Source: a virus. From it: DNA of 64,000 nt. A program made the translations under genes and the position numbers. Below the pieces are notes generated by a model. The model saw only the letters and a program-made list of their open reading frames with translations. It searched no databases and had not been told where the DNA came from. The first letter of the stretch is position 1. Each line of letters opens with the position of its first letter. The stretch lies in the IMG/VR virus record IMGVR_UViG_3300021141_000706; one strand, given 5' to 3'. Positions 10,758 to 20,021 of this stretch are shown in pieces.

Positions 10758-11450
10758 TTATTTTATGTAATAATATAGTTTAAGTTTATCTCCCCAGGAG
10801 ACATCAACGACAAATTCTTCTTTTAATATCTTACAAGATTTATTTTCGTGTGATGTAATAAAGTGACAGCCTTTTGACAGCCTATTAAATATATCAGACC
10901 TCATATCATAATCAAAACAAACATCATTCATAAAAACAATAGAACCCATTGATAAATCAAAATCTTTTACATCTTTTTCAATGAAAAAAATTGATTTATG
11001 TTCTGGTAAAACTTCTTCTTTAATAGACTTAGCATATCTAAGTCTTTGTGGAACTATTTCAATACCAACAAATGTTTTTATATCAGACTTAATAGCAGTA
11101 TGTATAATTAATTTACCACAACCACAACCAATATCTACGAAAACATCTTTATCAGATACTTTTTTATATTTATTGATTTTATTTATGATTTCATCAACAC
11201 CATTTCTAAGAATCTCACCATATGTAAAATTATTATTATAATTTCCTTTATATGTGAAGTGTTTATTGATATTTGTATCTCTTTTAGTAAAATTTTCTAA
11301 TTTGAATTTGTCTTCAGATGAATAGTTATCCCAAACACCTAAAGACACACAAATAGATTTAATACTAAATAAGTTATGCTTATAAAGTTGATCTAATTTA
11401 GAATTGTCTAATAATAATTTAAGTTCCTTGTCCATATTTAACAATCTCAA
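10758..11450 (-). CDS. class I SAM methyltransferase, DOT1-like
   Basis: TYGEI, FVDIGCGCGK, GIEIV, FMNDVCF, VSW. Confidence 0.75.
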   Translation of the reverse strand: MRLLNMDKELKLLLDNSKLDQLYKHNLFSIKSICVSLGVWDNYSSEDKFKLENFTKRDTNINKHFTYKGNYNNNFTYGEILRNGVDEIINKINKYKKVSDKDVFVDIGCGCGKLIIHTAIKSDIKTFVGIEIVPQRLRYAKSIKEEVLPEHKSIFFIEKDVKDFDLSMGSIVFMNDVCFDYDMRSDIFNRLSKGCHFITSHENKSCKILKEEFVVDVSWGDKLKLYYYIK

Positions 11451-11841
11451 TTTTAGCCTCTCTTAAAAAATCTAAGCCAGAGGTGTCTTTATAGTCTTCA
11501 ATGTAGACTAATCGTTTTATTCCAGATTGTAGTATAAGTTTAGAACAATCTCTACAAGGAGAATGTGTTTGATATAAAGTACTACCCTCACAAGAATGAC
11601 CATGTTTAGCACACTTTAGAATAGCATTAGCTTCACCGTGAATAACATACCAATTAGTATCACCATCACCATTCTCACAAGAGTTATCAAAGCCTGTTGG
11701 TGTTCCATTATAACCATCAGATATAATCATTCCGTTCTTAACTATTAGGGCACCTACTTGTTTTCTACTACAATGTGAAAGTTTAGCCCACTCTGTAGCC
11801 ATATTCAAATAAGTTCTATCGTATCTTTCTTCCTTAGTCAT
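11419..11841 (-). CDS. dCMP deaminase
   Basis: HGEANAI, SPCRDC, GYNGTP. Confidence 0.93.
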   Translation of the reverse strand: MTKEERYDRTYLNMATEWAKLSHCSRKQVGALIVKNGMIISDGYNGTPTGFDNSCENGDGDTNWYVIHGEANAILKCAKHGHSCEGSTLYQTHSPCRDCSKLILQSGIKRLVYIEDYKDTSGLDFLREAKIEIVKYGQGT

Positions 11842-11983
11842 TTTTAAATAGTTTATTTATTTTATATTTTCTAACCTCGTTTCTTTCCAGACCTAACATT
11901 TTAATTATCCAATCTATTGAAAAGTATGGAGTATTATATGATTTAATCATATCAGACATTATTTTCATTCTATCCTTATTCAT
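11834..11983 (-). CDS. 49-aa mini-protein: portal (gp20)-like fragment plus C-terminal tag (not in ORF track)
   Basis: Hand translation MNKDRMKIMSDMIKSYNTPYFSIDWIIKMLGLERNEVRKYKINKLFKND; ATGnnTAA overlaps with both neighbours. Confidence 0.7.
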   Translation of the reverse strand: MNKDRMKIMSDMIKSYNTPYFSIDWIIKMLGLERNEVRKYKINKLFKND

Positions 11984-12128
11984 TGAATAATTTATTAATT
12001 TTTTTCTTTCTTATAAGTTTTCTAACACTATCTTTATATACCTTATTAAAGGCTTCTTTTGGATATATTCTACCATTGTGTTTATCATAGGCTTTTTGTA
12101 TAACACCTTCTAGAATATACTTACTCAT
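11976..12128 (-). CDS. 50-aa mini-protein: prohead protease (gp21)-like N-terminal fragment plus C-terminal tag
   Basis: MSKYILEGVIQKAYDKHNGRIYPKEAF...IRKKKINKLFNE; start reassigned to 12128 (ATGAGTAA overlap). Confidence 0.75.
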   Translation of the reverse strand: MSKYILEGVIQKAYDKHNGRIYPKEAFNKVYKDSVRKLIRKKKINKLFNE

Positions 12129-12294
12129 CTGGAAATAACTTTTTAATTTTTTCTTTTCTACTACCTCTTTTAAAATCATTTATAACATCAGCAACAGCAG
12201 GTGAAACAACCATATAATTAGCACTACCTTTAGTAGATGCTTTATGAATCATTTCAGATGCCTTTAATAATTTATTAATTAGTTCTTTACTCAT
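12121..12294 (-). CDS. 57-aa mini-protein: major capsid (gp23)-like fragment plus C-terminal tag (not in ORF track)
   Basis: Hand translation MSKELINKLLKASEMIHKASTKGSANYMVVSPAVADVINDFKRGSRKEKIKKLFPDE. Confidence 0.75.
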   Translation of the reverse strand: MSKELINKLLKASEMIHKASTKGSANYMVVSPAVADVINDFKRGSRKEKIKKLFPDE

Positions 12295-13072
12295 GTGTTA
12301 TTCTTATATTAGTTTTCACACTCCAATCTTTTGGTAAATGTTTACACTCATTATGTTCTAAGAAGTGTGATCTCCACATCTCTATAAAACTTTGTATATT
12401 ATCTATCTTAGACATAACAACTTCACCGTGGGTCTTTTTAATAACCATTGTTTTTATTTTAGATATCTTCTCTAATCTTCTACAATCTAACCTTTTAATA
12501 CCAAAGTAATCTTTAATCTTCTTTTTCATCAGATTAATTTTATCTTTAGGTATAGTAATATCTGGATTAAGTAAAGCAATTGATATCTTCACATAAGTTA
12601 TTAACTCTTTACTATCACTACATAATTCACCGTTCAAAGGTATTTGATACTCTTCGCCAATTTTGTTTTTTAACTCATCTGCTTTTCTTTCATAAGAATC
12701 ATGACAATCAGCACATAATGAAAGAACATCGTGGAAGTTATGAGATTTTAATTCCATCGGAAAGTATCTACGATAACAGTAAGGCACAACGTGGTGTCTA
12801 GTAAGATATTCTTCATTACCACAAGTAACACAGCGATTACCCATTTCAGATAAACCGAATGATTTATTATGATTACCTAAACCTCTTGGTTCAAATTTCA
12901 ATTTAACTATTAATGGTGATTCTGATACAATCTCACCTAAATTTCTATTAAGATACCACTTGGCTTTTTTCTCGTCACATCTAAACATCAAAATCCCACC
13001 CGGAGATAGGACTTGACAGTTTCCATAAATTTTTCGGTCTTTCTCTACACCATATGATGTAACTCTACCCAT
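12287..13072 (-). CDS. HNH/Zn-finger nuclease resembling the C-terminal domain of eukaryotic EXD2
   Basis: YGNCQVLSPGG..MFRCDEKKAKWYL, CVTCG..YLTRHHVVP.CYRRYFP..LKSHNFHDVLSLCADCH. Confidence 0.75.
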   Translation of the reverse strand: MGRVTSYGVEKDRKIYGNCQVLSPGGILMFRCDEKKAKWYLNRNLGEIVSESPLIVKLKFEPRGLGNHNKSFGLSEMGNRCVTCGNEEYLTRHHVVPYCYRRYFPMELKSHNFHDVLSLCADCHDSYERKADELKNKIGEEYQIPLNGELCSDSKELITYVKISIALLNPDITIPKDKINLMKKKIKDYFGIKRLDCRRLEKISKIKTMVIKKTHGEVVMSKIDNIQSFIEMWRSHFLEHNECKHLPKDWSVKTNIRITHE

Positions 13073-13075
13073 TTA

Positions 13076-13633
13076 TTAAGCGATATGTTTGTCGATTTGT
13101 TGAATGTTTAATTCTACCAAAGTTTTTCTACCAAAGATTAAAACAGCAATCTTAACCTTATCACCATCAATGTTTTCAACATCACCAGTGAATGAATTAA
13201 AAGGACCATCTAAGATTTTAACTTCTTCGCCTATGATGAATCTGTTTGTAGATTCCTGTTCAACAGCTACTTGTTCTTGTACACCAATCATTCTTTCTAC
13301 TTCTTTAAGAGAAAGTACTTGAGGTTTTTTAGCTCTATCTGAAAGTAAACCAGTGGCACCATCACAACCTTTAACAAAGTGTGCTAATTCTCCAATTGAT
13401 ATTGTTTCAACAAAAATATAACCAGGGTACATAACTTTTTCTCTGGTAACTTTCTTACCGTCTTTTAAGTGGAAGCTTTTTTCAGTAGGTACTAAAACTC
13501 TACTAATAGCACCCATCAAGTCACCTTTTTCAGATTCTTTTCTTAACTTTTCGGCTACAGAACGCTCACGATTAGATTGTGCTCTAACGATGTACCACTT
13601 CATTGTTGTTTCTTTTTCCATTGTTGTATTCAT
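13076..13633 (-). CDS. nusG: transcription termination/antitermination factor NusG
   Basis: KWYIVRAQSNRE, YPGYIFVE, KOW motif VKILDGPFNSFTG, IFGRKTLVEL. Confidence 0.93.
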   Translation of the reverse strand: MNTTMEKETTMKWYIVRAQSNRERSVAEKLRKESEKGDLMGAISRVLVPTEKSFHLKDGKKVTREKVMYPGYIFVETISIGELAHFVKGCDGATGLLSDRAKKPQVLSLKEVERMIGVQEQVAVEQESTNRFIIGEEVKILDGPFNSFTGDVENIDGDKVKIAVLIFGRKTLVELNIQQIDKHIA

Positions 13634-13642
13634 ATTTTTAAT

Positions 13643-14038
13643 TTAATTTCCTTTTTCTATTTGTTTGTAATATTTGAGTTCTTCTTTAATGAAGTCGATA
13701 TGATGTTCAATTAGATAATCTAAATCAATATCTTTTATTTTAAGTTTTTGTAAAAGAAGTTTGTAATCCTTATCAATGATCTCAGACTTTTCGCCTTTCT
13801 CACTCTTAGACCAAAACCAATTTGGATAAGGTTGCTTTAACATAAACTGATACCATAAATTCATGGCGGTTATCTTATCTATTGATTTTAGGTTAAGAAG
13901 TTGAGCCTTTTCGGGAAATTTTTTAGCAAAGTAACGGTTGAAGATAAAGAAGCAAGACTCCTTTTCTTCATCCGGTACATTTACCCAATCACTCTTTTTA
14001 TAGAACATTGCGTTCCCTACAAGTTTCAAATCCGCCAT
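13643..14038 (-). CDS. hypothetical protein (possibly clamp-loader small subunit-like)
   Basis: FIFNRYF...WFWSK, weak resemblance only; next to the 5' exonuclease. Confidence 0.5.
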   Translation of the reverse strand: MADLKLVGNAMFYKKSDWVNVPDEEKESCFFIFNRYFAKKFPEKAQLLNLKSIDKITAMNLWYQFMLKQPYPNWFWSKSEKGEKSEIIDKDYKLLLQKLKIKDIDLDYLIEHHIDFIKEELKYYKQIEKGN

Positions 14039-15012
14039 TATCTTAATACTGAATAACCAGTTTCCATTTTGTTAATAATCTCATCTGGTAAATTGTGTAA
14101 TCTTAAATCGATTAATCTCATATTACCTTTAATGTTTTCTACAATTGATTCAATTTGAGTTTTACTTAACTTTTTCTTTTCACAGATTAAGTCAGCTATA
14201 TTCTCATATAAATCTGGATCGCCTAAGTTTACTTCACCAAACTCTTGTAGATATTCGTCATAAATTGTTTTAGCTCCTTTATCACCAATACCTCTTTTCT
14301 TTCCATTCTTAGTAACAGACCAAACAGAGCCGATATTATCTGAAGTATCACCTGAAATGACTTTAATCATTAAAGATTCAACTGGGTCAATTTCGTTGAT
14401 TTCATACTTGTTAATAAATCTATCAAGTAATAATAAGAAGTCTGTATTATCATTTAGACTAAAAATATCGTCACTTGGTAGTTTAGATACTTTATTCAAA
14501 AAGACTTGATAGTTTCTTGGTAAAAAGAGTTTTTCTTTATTATACATTTCATTAGTCATAATGTTAATGTACAATGGATCCAAACCATAGTTAACAATTT
14601 GTTTAATATCATAGTCATTTGAAACTATGATTGCTGATCTTCCTTCTTTATTAGCTTTAGTAACTAAGAATGAAATCCAGTCATCACCTTCAACATGAGG
14701 TGCTTCTAAAATTTTCACTAAATCTCTCATAGAATCTTTGAATTCACCGTAAGCGTTATAAACGAATTGCCAGTCAATATCAGAATCTTTTTTACGAGTA
14801 GCTTTGTAAGCAGTGGTTAATTGTTTTCTCCAAGATTTCTCTTTGGAATCAGAGACAAGATAAACATTAGCAAATGGGTACCACTTTCTATAATTGTTTA
14901 TTGTATTCTCTAATGACTTATGTAGTGCGCCGAACAATAAATTGTTCTTGTGTAGTGTGAATGTATTCTTACTTAGAATATAATTACCATCTATTATTAA
15001 ATCACATATCAT
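14038..15012 (-). CDS. 5'-3' exonuclease / T4 RNase H-like flap endonuclease
   Basis: IIDGN, SWRK...YKATR, EGDD, SNDYD, GDTSDNI, GIGDKGA. Confidence 0.88.
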   Translation of the reverse strand: MICDLIIDGNYILSKNTFTLHKNNLLFGALHKSLENTINNYRKWYPFANVYLVSDSKEKSWRKQLTTAYKATRKKDSDIDWQFVYNAYGEFKDSMRDLVKILEAPHVEGDDWISFLVTKANKEGRSAIIVSNDYDIKQIVNYGLDPLYINIMTNEMYNKEKLFLPRNYQVFLNKVSKLPSDDIFSLNDNTDFLLLLDRFINKYEINEIDPVESLMIKVISGDTSDNIGSVWSVTKNGKKRGIGDKGAKTIYDEYLQEFGEVNLGDPDLYENIADLICEKKKLSKTQIESIVENIKGNMRLIDLRLHNLPDEIINKMETGYSVLR

Positions 15013-15067
15013 TGGATTTTATTAATTTTATTTTTATACTAAAATAAAGATGGTTTGTTTTTCTAAT

Positions 15068-15490
15068 CTATTTAAGAATCTCTTTTATTTTTCTATCTCT
15101 TTCTAAAATTTTGAATTTAATTTCTAAATATTCTTCTATCTCTGAAGGTAAGTTAAGGTTATTCTTTTTTAACTCATCGTAAAAAGGTTTACCTAAAACA
15201 TTTAATGTTGAAATAGCAACAGCAAGATGTGGATCACCATAACCATCAACTTCAATATCTTCATCTAAAACATGATAAGTTGTTTTATTAATTGAGTAGT
15301 TCATAGTGCTACCGCCCCAAGTAAGATATTGACCAGATGATAATGTAGATGTTGTGATTGAAGAATTTGTACCAGATATGTTGATAACTCCAGAATTACC
15401 TACTGAGCTTGATATAGAAGGTGTTCCAAATACTGGAGCACCTATTGCGCTTGTGTGAACTGTTTGTCCGGCTATGTTTACGAATCCCAT
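15068..15490 (-). CDS. hypothetical protein, S/T/G-rich N-terminus, C-terminal tag
   Basis: Ends ERDRKIKEILK; TAG stop. Confidence 0.7.
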   Translation of the reverse strand: MGFVNIAGQTVHTSAIGAPVFGTPSISSSVGNSGVINISGTNSSITTSTLSSGQYLTWGGSTMNYSINKTTYHVLDEDIEVDGYGDPHLAVAISTLNVLGKPFYDELKKNNLNLPSEIEEYLEIKFKILERDRKIKEILK

Positions 15491-15519
15491 AGGAATTATA
15501 TAAACATCATATAGAAAGT

Positions 15520-16065
15520 TTAGATAATCTTACTAATTTGAATATGGCGATAAAGACTTTGAAACTCTTCTCTTATTTCTTCTTTGTATTCATATGAATA
15601 ATTATTTGAAAAATAATCATATTCTTTTCTCTCTACTTTCTTACTAATTGATTCATAATTGGCTTTAACTTTATCAAAGCAGTTTTCTTTATCAGTCCAC
15701 TTAACCATATTGTTAATTAAGTCAAAGTCAATCTTTTTGAATCCGTCAAAAAACTCAACTTGAGCATGTGAGTATAGATAGTGTCTAATAACTTTATCAT
15801 AATAATCTTCTTCTAAAACTCCTTTAGGATTTGATAACTCTGTTGTTGTAAAGTAAAACTCAACACCTATGTTTATTAAATGTTTAACTAATTTTACTAT
15901 TGCGTTTGAAACTCTATTGTCTAAAAAAACATAAACTATATCATCCTCAACAAAACAAACCGGTATATGTTCATATTTTTTGAACATAACAAATTTACCT
16001 TTAACAACCCAAGTAGGATTGACTAAAGGTCTAAATTTATCTGGTATTAAGTTATTTAAGTCCAT
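15520..16065 (-). CDS. hypothetical protein with degenerate C-terminal tag
   Basis: Ends YRHIQISKII. Confidence 0.7.
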   Translation of the reverse strand: MDLNNLIPDKFRPLVNPTWVVKGKFVMFKKYEHIPVCFVEDDIVYVFLDNRVSNAIVKLVKHLINIGVEFYFTTTELSNPKGVLEEDYYDKVIRHYLYSHAQVEFFDGFKKIDFDLINNMVKWTDKENCFDKVKANYESISKKVERKEYDYFSNNYSYEYKEEIREEFQSLYRHIQISKII

Positions 16066-16381
16066 TCTCTTTTAATATCTTCAAAAATAATCTTTTTTGT
16101 TTTTCTCTGGTTTGACCATTACCTTCATCACGATAATAACCTTGGTCTTTGTTTGGAGAGTATTTTACTTTGTGTTTAGTGTCCCACTTTGTAGTGGTGT
16201 GAGTTTTAGCTCTAAAGTGTATTTCAGTTCCGATATAAATTGCTATAGTAGGTCTTTGATGATTAATGTCATTAACATCTCTAAATCCTCGCCACCACCT
16301 ATTGGTACAAACAGCGCGAGACATTCTACGAATGACTATTCGTTCTTCCATATACCTACGCCATGCTCTATTTCGGATCAT
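16052..16381 (-). CDS. basic hypothetical protein
   Basis: TATCTTTG on the minus strand at 16386-16393 just upstream. Confidence 0.65.
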   Translation of the reverse strand: MIRNRAWRRYMEERIVIRRMSRAVCTNRWWRGFRDVNDINHQRPTIAIYIGTEIHFRAKTHTTTKWDTKHKVKYSPNKDQGYYRDEGNGQTREKQKRLFLKILKENGLK

Positions 16382-16404
16382 CAGGCAAAGATAGTAAAAC
16401 TAAA

Positions 16405-18249
16405 TTACTTTAGCAACTCTGTTTTTCTTAGGTCAGAGTTTTTACCAAACCATATATCTAAAGAATTAGCTGACATATCATCTTTTGAGATTAAAGTCAT
16501 TTTAGGACTATTGATAATATCTTGATACTCATCATCAACAAGTGCGGCTAAACCTTTCTTATACTTAATCTCATAGTTCTTCAAGTCGTTCTTAGCGGCC
16601 CAATCATTATATTCTGTTTGAGTATAGAAAAGAACTTTCTTTTTAGTTTTAGCTTTTGGAACAGCAACTACGATAGGAGTTTCAACTTTATAAATCATTC
16701 GTCTCTCAAACATATCAGGCCAGTACTTGTAGAAAAAGTTTAGAAGCAATCCAGCGATTGAATTTCCATCAACATCAGCATCTACATAGAAAAGTATTCT
16801 ACCATATCTTAAATCTTTTAATTCAATTCTTTGTCCTAATTTCAAACCAATAGCCGCCATTAAATTAACAACTTCTGTATTTTGAACTAATTTTTGATTA
16901 GTCATTTCAGATACATTTACAAACTTGCCTTTAAGAGCAAAGGCTCCCATTGTTTGTGGATCTCTATACTTTCTGAAAGCAGAGATAGCAGAATCACCTT
17001 CAAATAAACCAATTGAGTACTTCCATCTGTCTTTACCTTTAGCATCAATAAGCTTCTCAACTTTAATCTTGTCAAGTTTCTTATTTAAGTCTCTTTGTAA
17101 TTTAGATTCTTCAGCACTTTTCTTTTGTTGAATCCAATCTAAGATAGAATTAACTATTTCAGATTTAATAATTGATTGAATTAATTTATTAGTGACTTCA
17201 AAAGTAGAACCAAAGTCTTTAATCTCAGTGATAAGTTTCTCTTTAGTTTGAGAAGAGAATGATGGATTAATTACAGTAGAATCTAGGAATAGAAACATAT
17301 GATTCCTTAATTCACCAGGTCTTACATCTACTTTATGTTTCTTCATAAAGAACTCTCTTAACTGAGCAATGATTTGATTCATCACATAATCAACGTGAGT
17401 ACCACCATCATAAGTATCGGTAGAGTTGGCGAAACTGACTTGTTGGAATCCATTGTTAGAAAGAGCTATACCTAAAGACCAAGTTTTATCTTTCTTAGCT
17501 TCGTAGAAGAAGTCTTTAGTATAATACTTAATGTAATCTTCAAATGTTTTGATATTGACTAACTTACCGTTAAAATAAACTTTAAGATTGGTATTACAAG
17601 CCGCAATATCATAAACTCTTTTCTCAAGCATCTTAAAGTGGTCATCATCGATTCCAGTTATGGCAAACTTTTCGAAATCAATTAGGTAATTGATTTCAGT
17701 GAATCCTTTTGTAGATTTCTTAACTTTAGCCGCGGTTCTTTTTCTCATATTATTAGAGAAAGTTTGTGTAAAGTGATTCACTCCGTCGCAAGTAGTTACT
17801 GTAAATTCTTTTGAGTAAATGTTAGTAAGTGTAGAACCCACACCGTTTGTACCAGCACCAGTTCTTTGTTCTTCATCATTGAAGTTAGAACCTGCTTTAA
17901 GATTCGAGAATATCATCTCAGGAATCCACTCTTTATGTTGTGTGTGTTTAACTACAGGAATACCACCATTGTCCCAGATGTTTATGTAGTTTGTTGTTCT
18001 ATCAATATTTACTTTAACAGTATTTAATTTAGAACCTGCTCTTTTGCTTTCATCTACAGAGTTGGTAACAATCTCATCAAAAATTTTAAGTAAACCTGGA
18101 TTATAGGTTACTTCTTTTTGAATCATTTTATCATCTTCAACTATCCATTTAGTAGCTTTGTGAGGTTTAATAGAACCGATATACATACCAGGTCTTAATA
18201 TAACGTGGTCAATATCATCTAACTTTTTGAACTTCTTATCTACTGACAT
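16405..18249 (-). CDS. DNA topoisomerase II large subunit (ATPase plus TOPRIM; T4 gp39+60-like)
   Basis: RPGMYIGS, EIVTNSVDE, GTNGVGS, EGDSA, DADVDG, YKKGLA. Confidence 0.95.
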   Translation of the reverse strand: MSVDKKFKKLDDIDHVILRPGMYIGSIKPHKATKWIVEDDKMIQKEVTYNPGLLKIFDEIVTNSVDESKRAGSKLNTVKVNIDRTTNYINIWDNGGIPVVKHTQHKEWIPEMIFSNLKAGSNFNDEEQRTGAGTNGVGSTLTNIYSKEFTVTTCDGVNHFTQTFSNNMRKRTAAKVKKSTKGFTEINYLIDFEKFAITGIDDDHFKMLEKRVYDIAACNTNLKVYFNGKLVNIKTFEDYIKYYTKDFFYEAKKDKTWSLGIALSNNGFQQVSFANSTDTYDGGTHVDYVMNQIIAQLREFFMKKHKVDVRPGELRNHMFLFLDSTVINPSFSSQTKEKLITEIKDFGSTFEVTNKLIQSIIKSEIVNSILDWIQQKKSAEESKLQRDLNKKLDKIKVEKLIDAKGKDRWKYSIGLFEGDSAISAFRKYRDPQTMGAFALKGKFVNVSEMTNQKLVQNTEVVNLMAAIGLKLGQRIELKDLRYGRILFYVDADVDGNSIAGLLLNFFYKYWPDMFERRMIYKVETPIVVAVPKAKTKKKVLFYTQTEYNDWAAKNDLKNYEIKYKKGLAALVDDEYQDIINSPKMTLISKDDMSANSLDIWFGKNSDLRKTELLK

Positions 18250-18306
18250 TTTACTTAACTTAGAATTTTAAGTATATATGGTAAATAATTTCTTTTGTTT
18301 AGGAAT

Positions 18307-18972
18307 TTAATCTTTTAGAGGAATTTCGGGATTAACTTCAAAGTTTCTATTTAAATAATCTTTTAGTTCATTTTCAATATAGTGTTGAGGAACTTCCATA
18401 TTAGAATCCATATTAGCCATCTTCTCAGATAACTCTAATGAAAACTTTTGTAGAACTTCTGGTTTAATTGCTTCTACTAATCTATCGGATACAACGAATG
18501 CTCTTGTGAATCTATCTTTTTCGGTAGTTAAATCACCTTCAGCGATTCTCATTGTTGCGTCAATAACTTTCTTTAAGAAGTCTGGATAATCGTGTCCTGG
18601 ATCTGCTAAGATAGGAGCAACAACTTTATTAAATGCTCTTGATGTACCTAAAACATAACCAAAAATTGCTAATATTGGAAAGAAAGGTGCTAATAACATT
18701 GGAACAATTCTGTGTACGGCTTTAATAATACCTACTTTAAGTTCAGTTCCTTTTTTAGCGGCTCTAGCATCTTTGAATAAGGCATTTAACATACCAAATG
18801 TAAATACTTTACCATTTTCTTCTAAGTATTTTGCTAAATGACCTCTATGAGCGTGATATAAATATGTGTTGATTTCTTTTTCATCAGTTACACCTAATTT
18901 TATAAGTTCAGCCTTGATATTACTATCAAACTTCTCTAAAATCAAAAAATCGTCATATTTTTTAAGTCTCAT
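18307..18972 (-). CDS. hypothetical protein with N-terminal tag
   Basis: Start reassigned to MRLKKYDDFLILE, directly after TAATATATA. Confidence 0.7.
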   Translation of the reverse strand: MRLKKYDDFLILEKFDSNIKAELIKLGVTDEKEINTYLYHAHRGHLAKYLEENGKVFTFGMLNALFKDARAAKKGTELKVGIIKAVHRIVPMLLAPFFPILAIFGYVLGTSRAFNKVVAPILADPGHDYPDFLKKVIDATMRIAEGDLTTEKDRFTRAFVVSDRLVEAIKPEVLQKFSLELSEKMANMDSNMEVPQHYIENELKDYLNRNFEVNPEIPLKD

Positions 18973-19082
18973 AATGTATATATTATTTTTACTTAGCATA
19001 AAAATAACATTGAAAAAATCAGTGTAATTTTTAAGAATTAAAGAACTTTATTAAAAATGACTTTTATACATGAATAGATATA

Positions 19083-20021
19083 TTGATGAAAATTTTATAC
19101 GGAATACAACTTAATGGAAACGGACATATAACAAGATCTTTAGAATTGATAAATCAACTAAAGGTAAAAGGTTATGAGGTTGATGTTATTGCCTCTGGTG
19201 GTAATTACAGTATAGAATTACCAGATTACATTAAGAAGTTCAAAGGTTTATCAATGTATTTTAACAAGTCTGGTAGAATCAATAAACTTAAAACAACATT
19301 ATCATTAAATTTATTTAAATTAATAAAAGATATAAATTATGATTGTAGTGGATATGATTTAGTTATCTCTGACTTTGAACCTATAAGTGCTTACTCTGCT
19401 AAAAAGTACAAGGTAAGATCAATAGGTATTTCAAATCAAGTTTCAATTACAAAATCAAGTTTTTTAGAATCTCTTTTTATTAAATACTTTGCTCCTTGTG
19501 ATTATTATATACCTTTAGATTATACAAATGGTTATCAGCCTATTATATCTGAGAAGTTCTTGAATGGTAAAGTATCTGATGAAGATTTCTATTTAGTTTA
19601 CTTAGCCGCTTACAGTTTGGAACATATTAAGAATGAACTTAAATACTCAGATAAAAAATTCAAAGTTTATAGTAGTGATGTTATTGTAGATTACGTTTAT
19701 AACAATATAGAATTCAAAAAATCAAATAAAGATTCATTTCAGTCTGACTTACTTAGATGTTCTGGAGTTATAACTGCTTCTGGATTCTCAACAACATCTG
19801 AGGCTCTTGTTTTAGGTAAAAGACTATGGTCAATTCCAATAAAAGGTCAGTTTGAACAAATTGATAATGCTACAAAGTTAAATAAGTTAGGTATCTATAC
19901 AGATGACTTAACTTCTGAAAATTTAGAAAATTGGTTAAATAATTATACTAAAATAGATTATGAATGGATTAATCCAATTGAAAGTATAGTTACTAAAATA
20001 AAAGAGATATATGAAAGTTAA
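19083..20021 (+). CDS. GT-B glycosyltransferase (MJ1255/VC2487-like)
   Basis: KILYGIQLNGNGHITRS, DLVISDFEP, GFSTTSEAL.LGK, PIKGQFEQ..NA. Confidence 0.85.
   Translation: MMKILYGIQLNGNGHITRSLELINQLKVKGYEVDVIASGGNYSIELPDYIKKFKGLSMYFNKSGRINKLKTTLSLNLFKLIKDINYDCSGYDLVISDFEPISAYSAKKYKVRSIGISNQVSITKSSFLESLFIKYFAPCDYYIPLDYTNGYQPIISEKFLNGKVSDEDFYLVYLAAYSLEHIKNELKYSDKKFKVYSSDVIVDYVYNNIEFKKSNKDSFQSDLLRCSGVITASGFSTTSEALVLGKRLWSIPIKGQFEQIDNATKLNKLGIYTDDLTSENLENWLNNYTKIDYEWINPIESIVTKIKEIYES

Noticed and set aside
11976-12179. 67-aa ORF start at 12179 given in the track
   Set aside because: It overlaps the 12121-12294 ORF by 59 nt; the ATG at 12128 gives the same ATGnnTAA coupling as its neighbours
11834-12294. 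Pseudogene remnants of a head-gene cluster
   Set aside because: Each fragment has its own start, coupled stop and near-identical added tail; not formally excluded without comparative data
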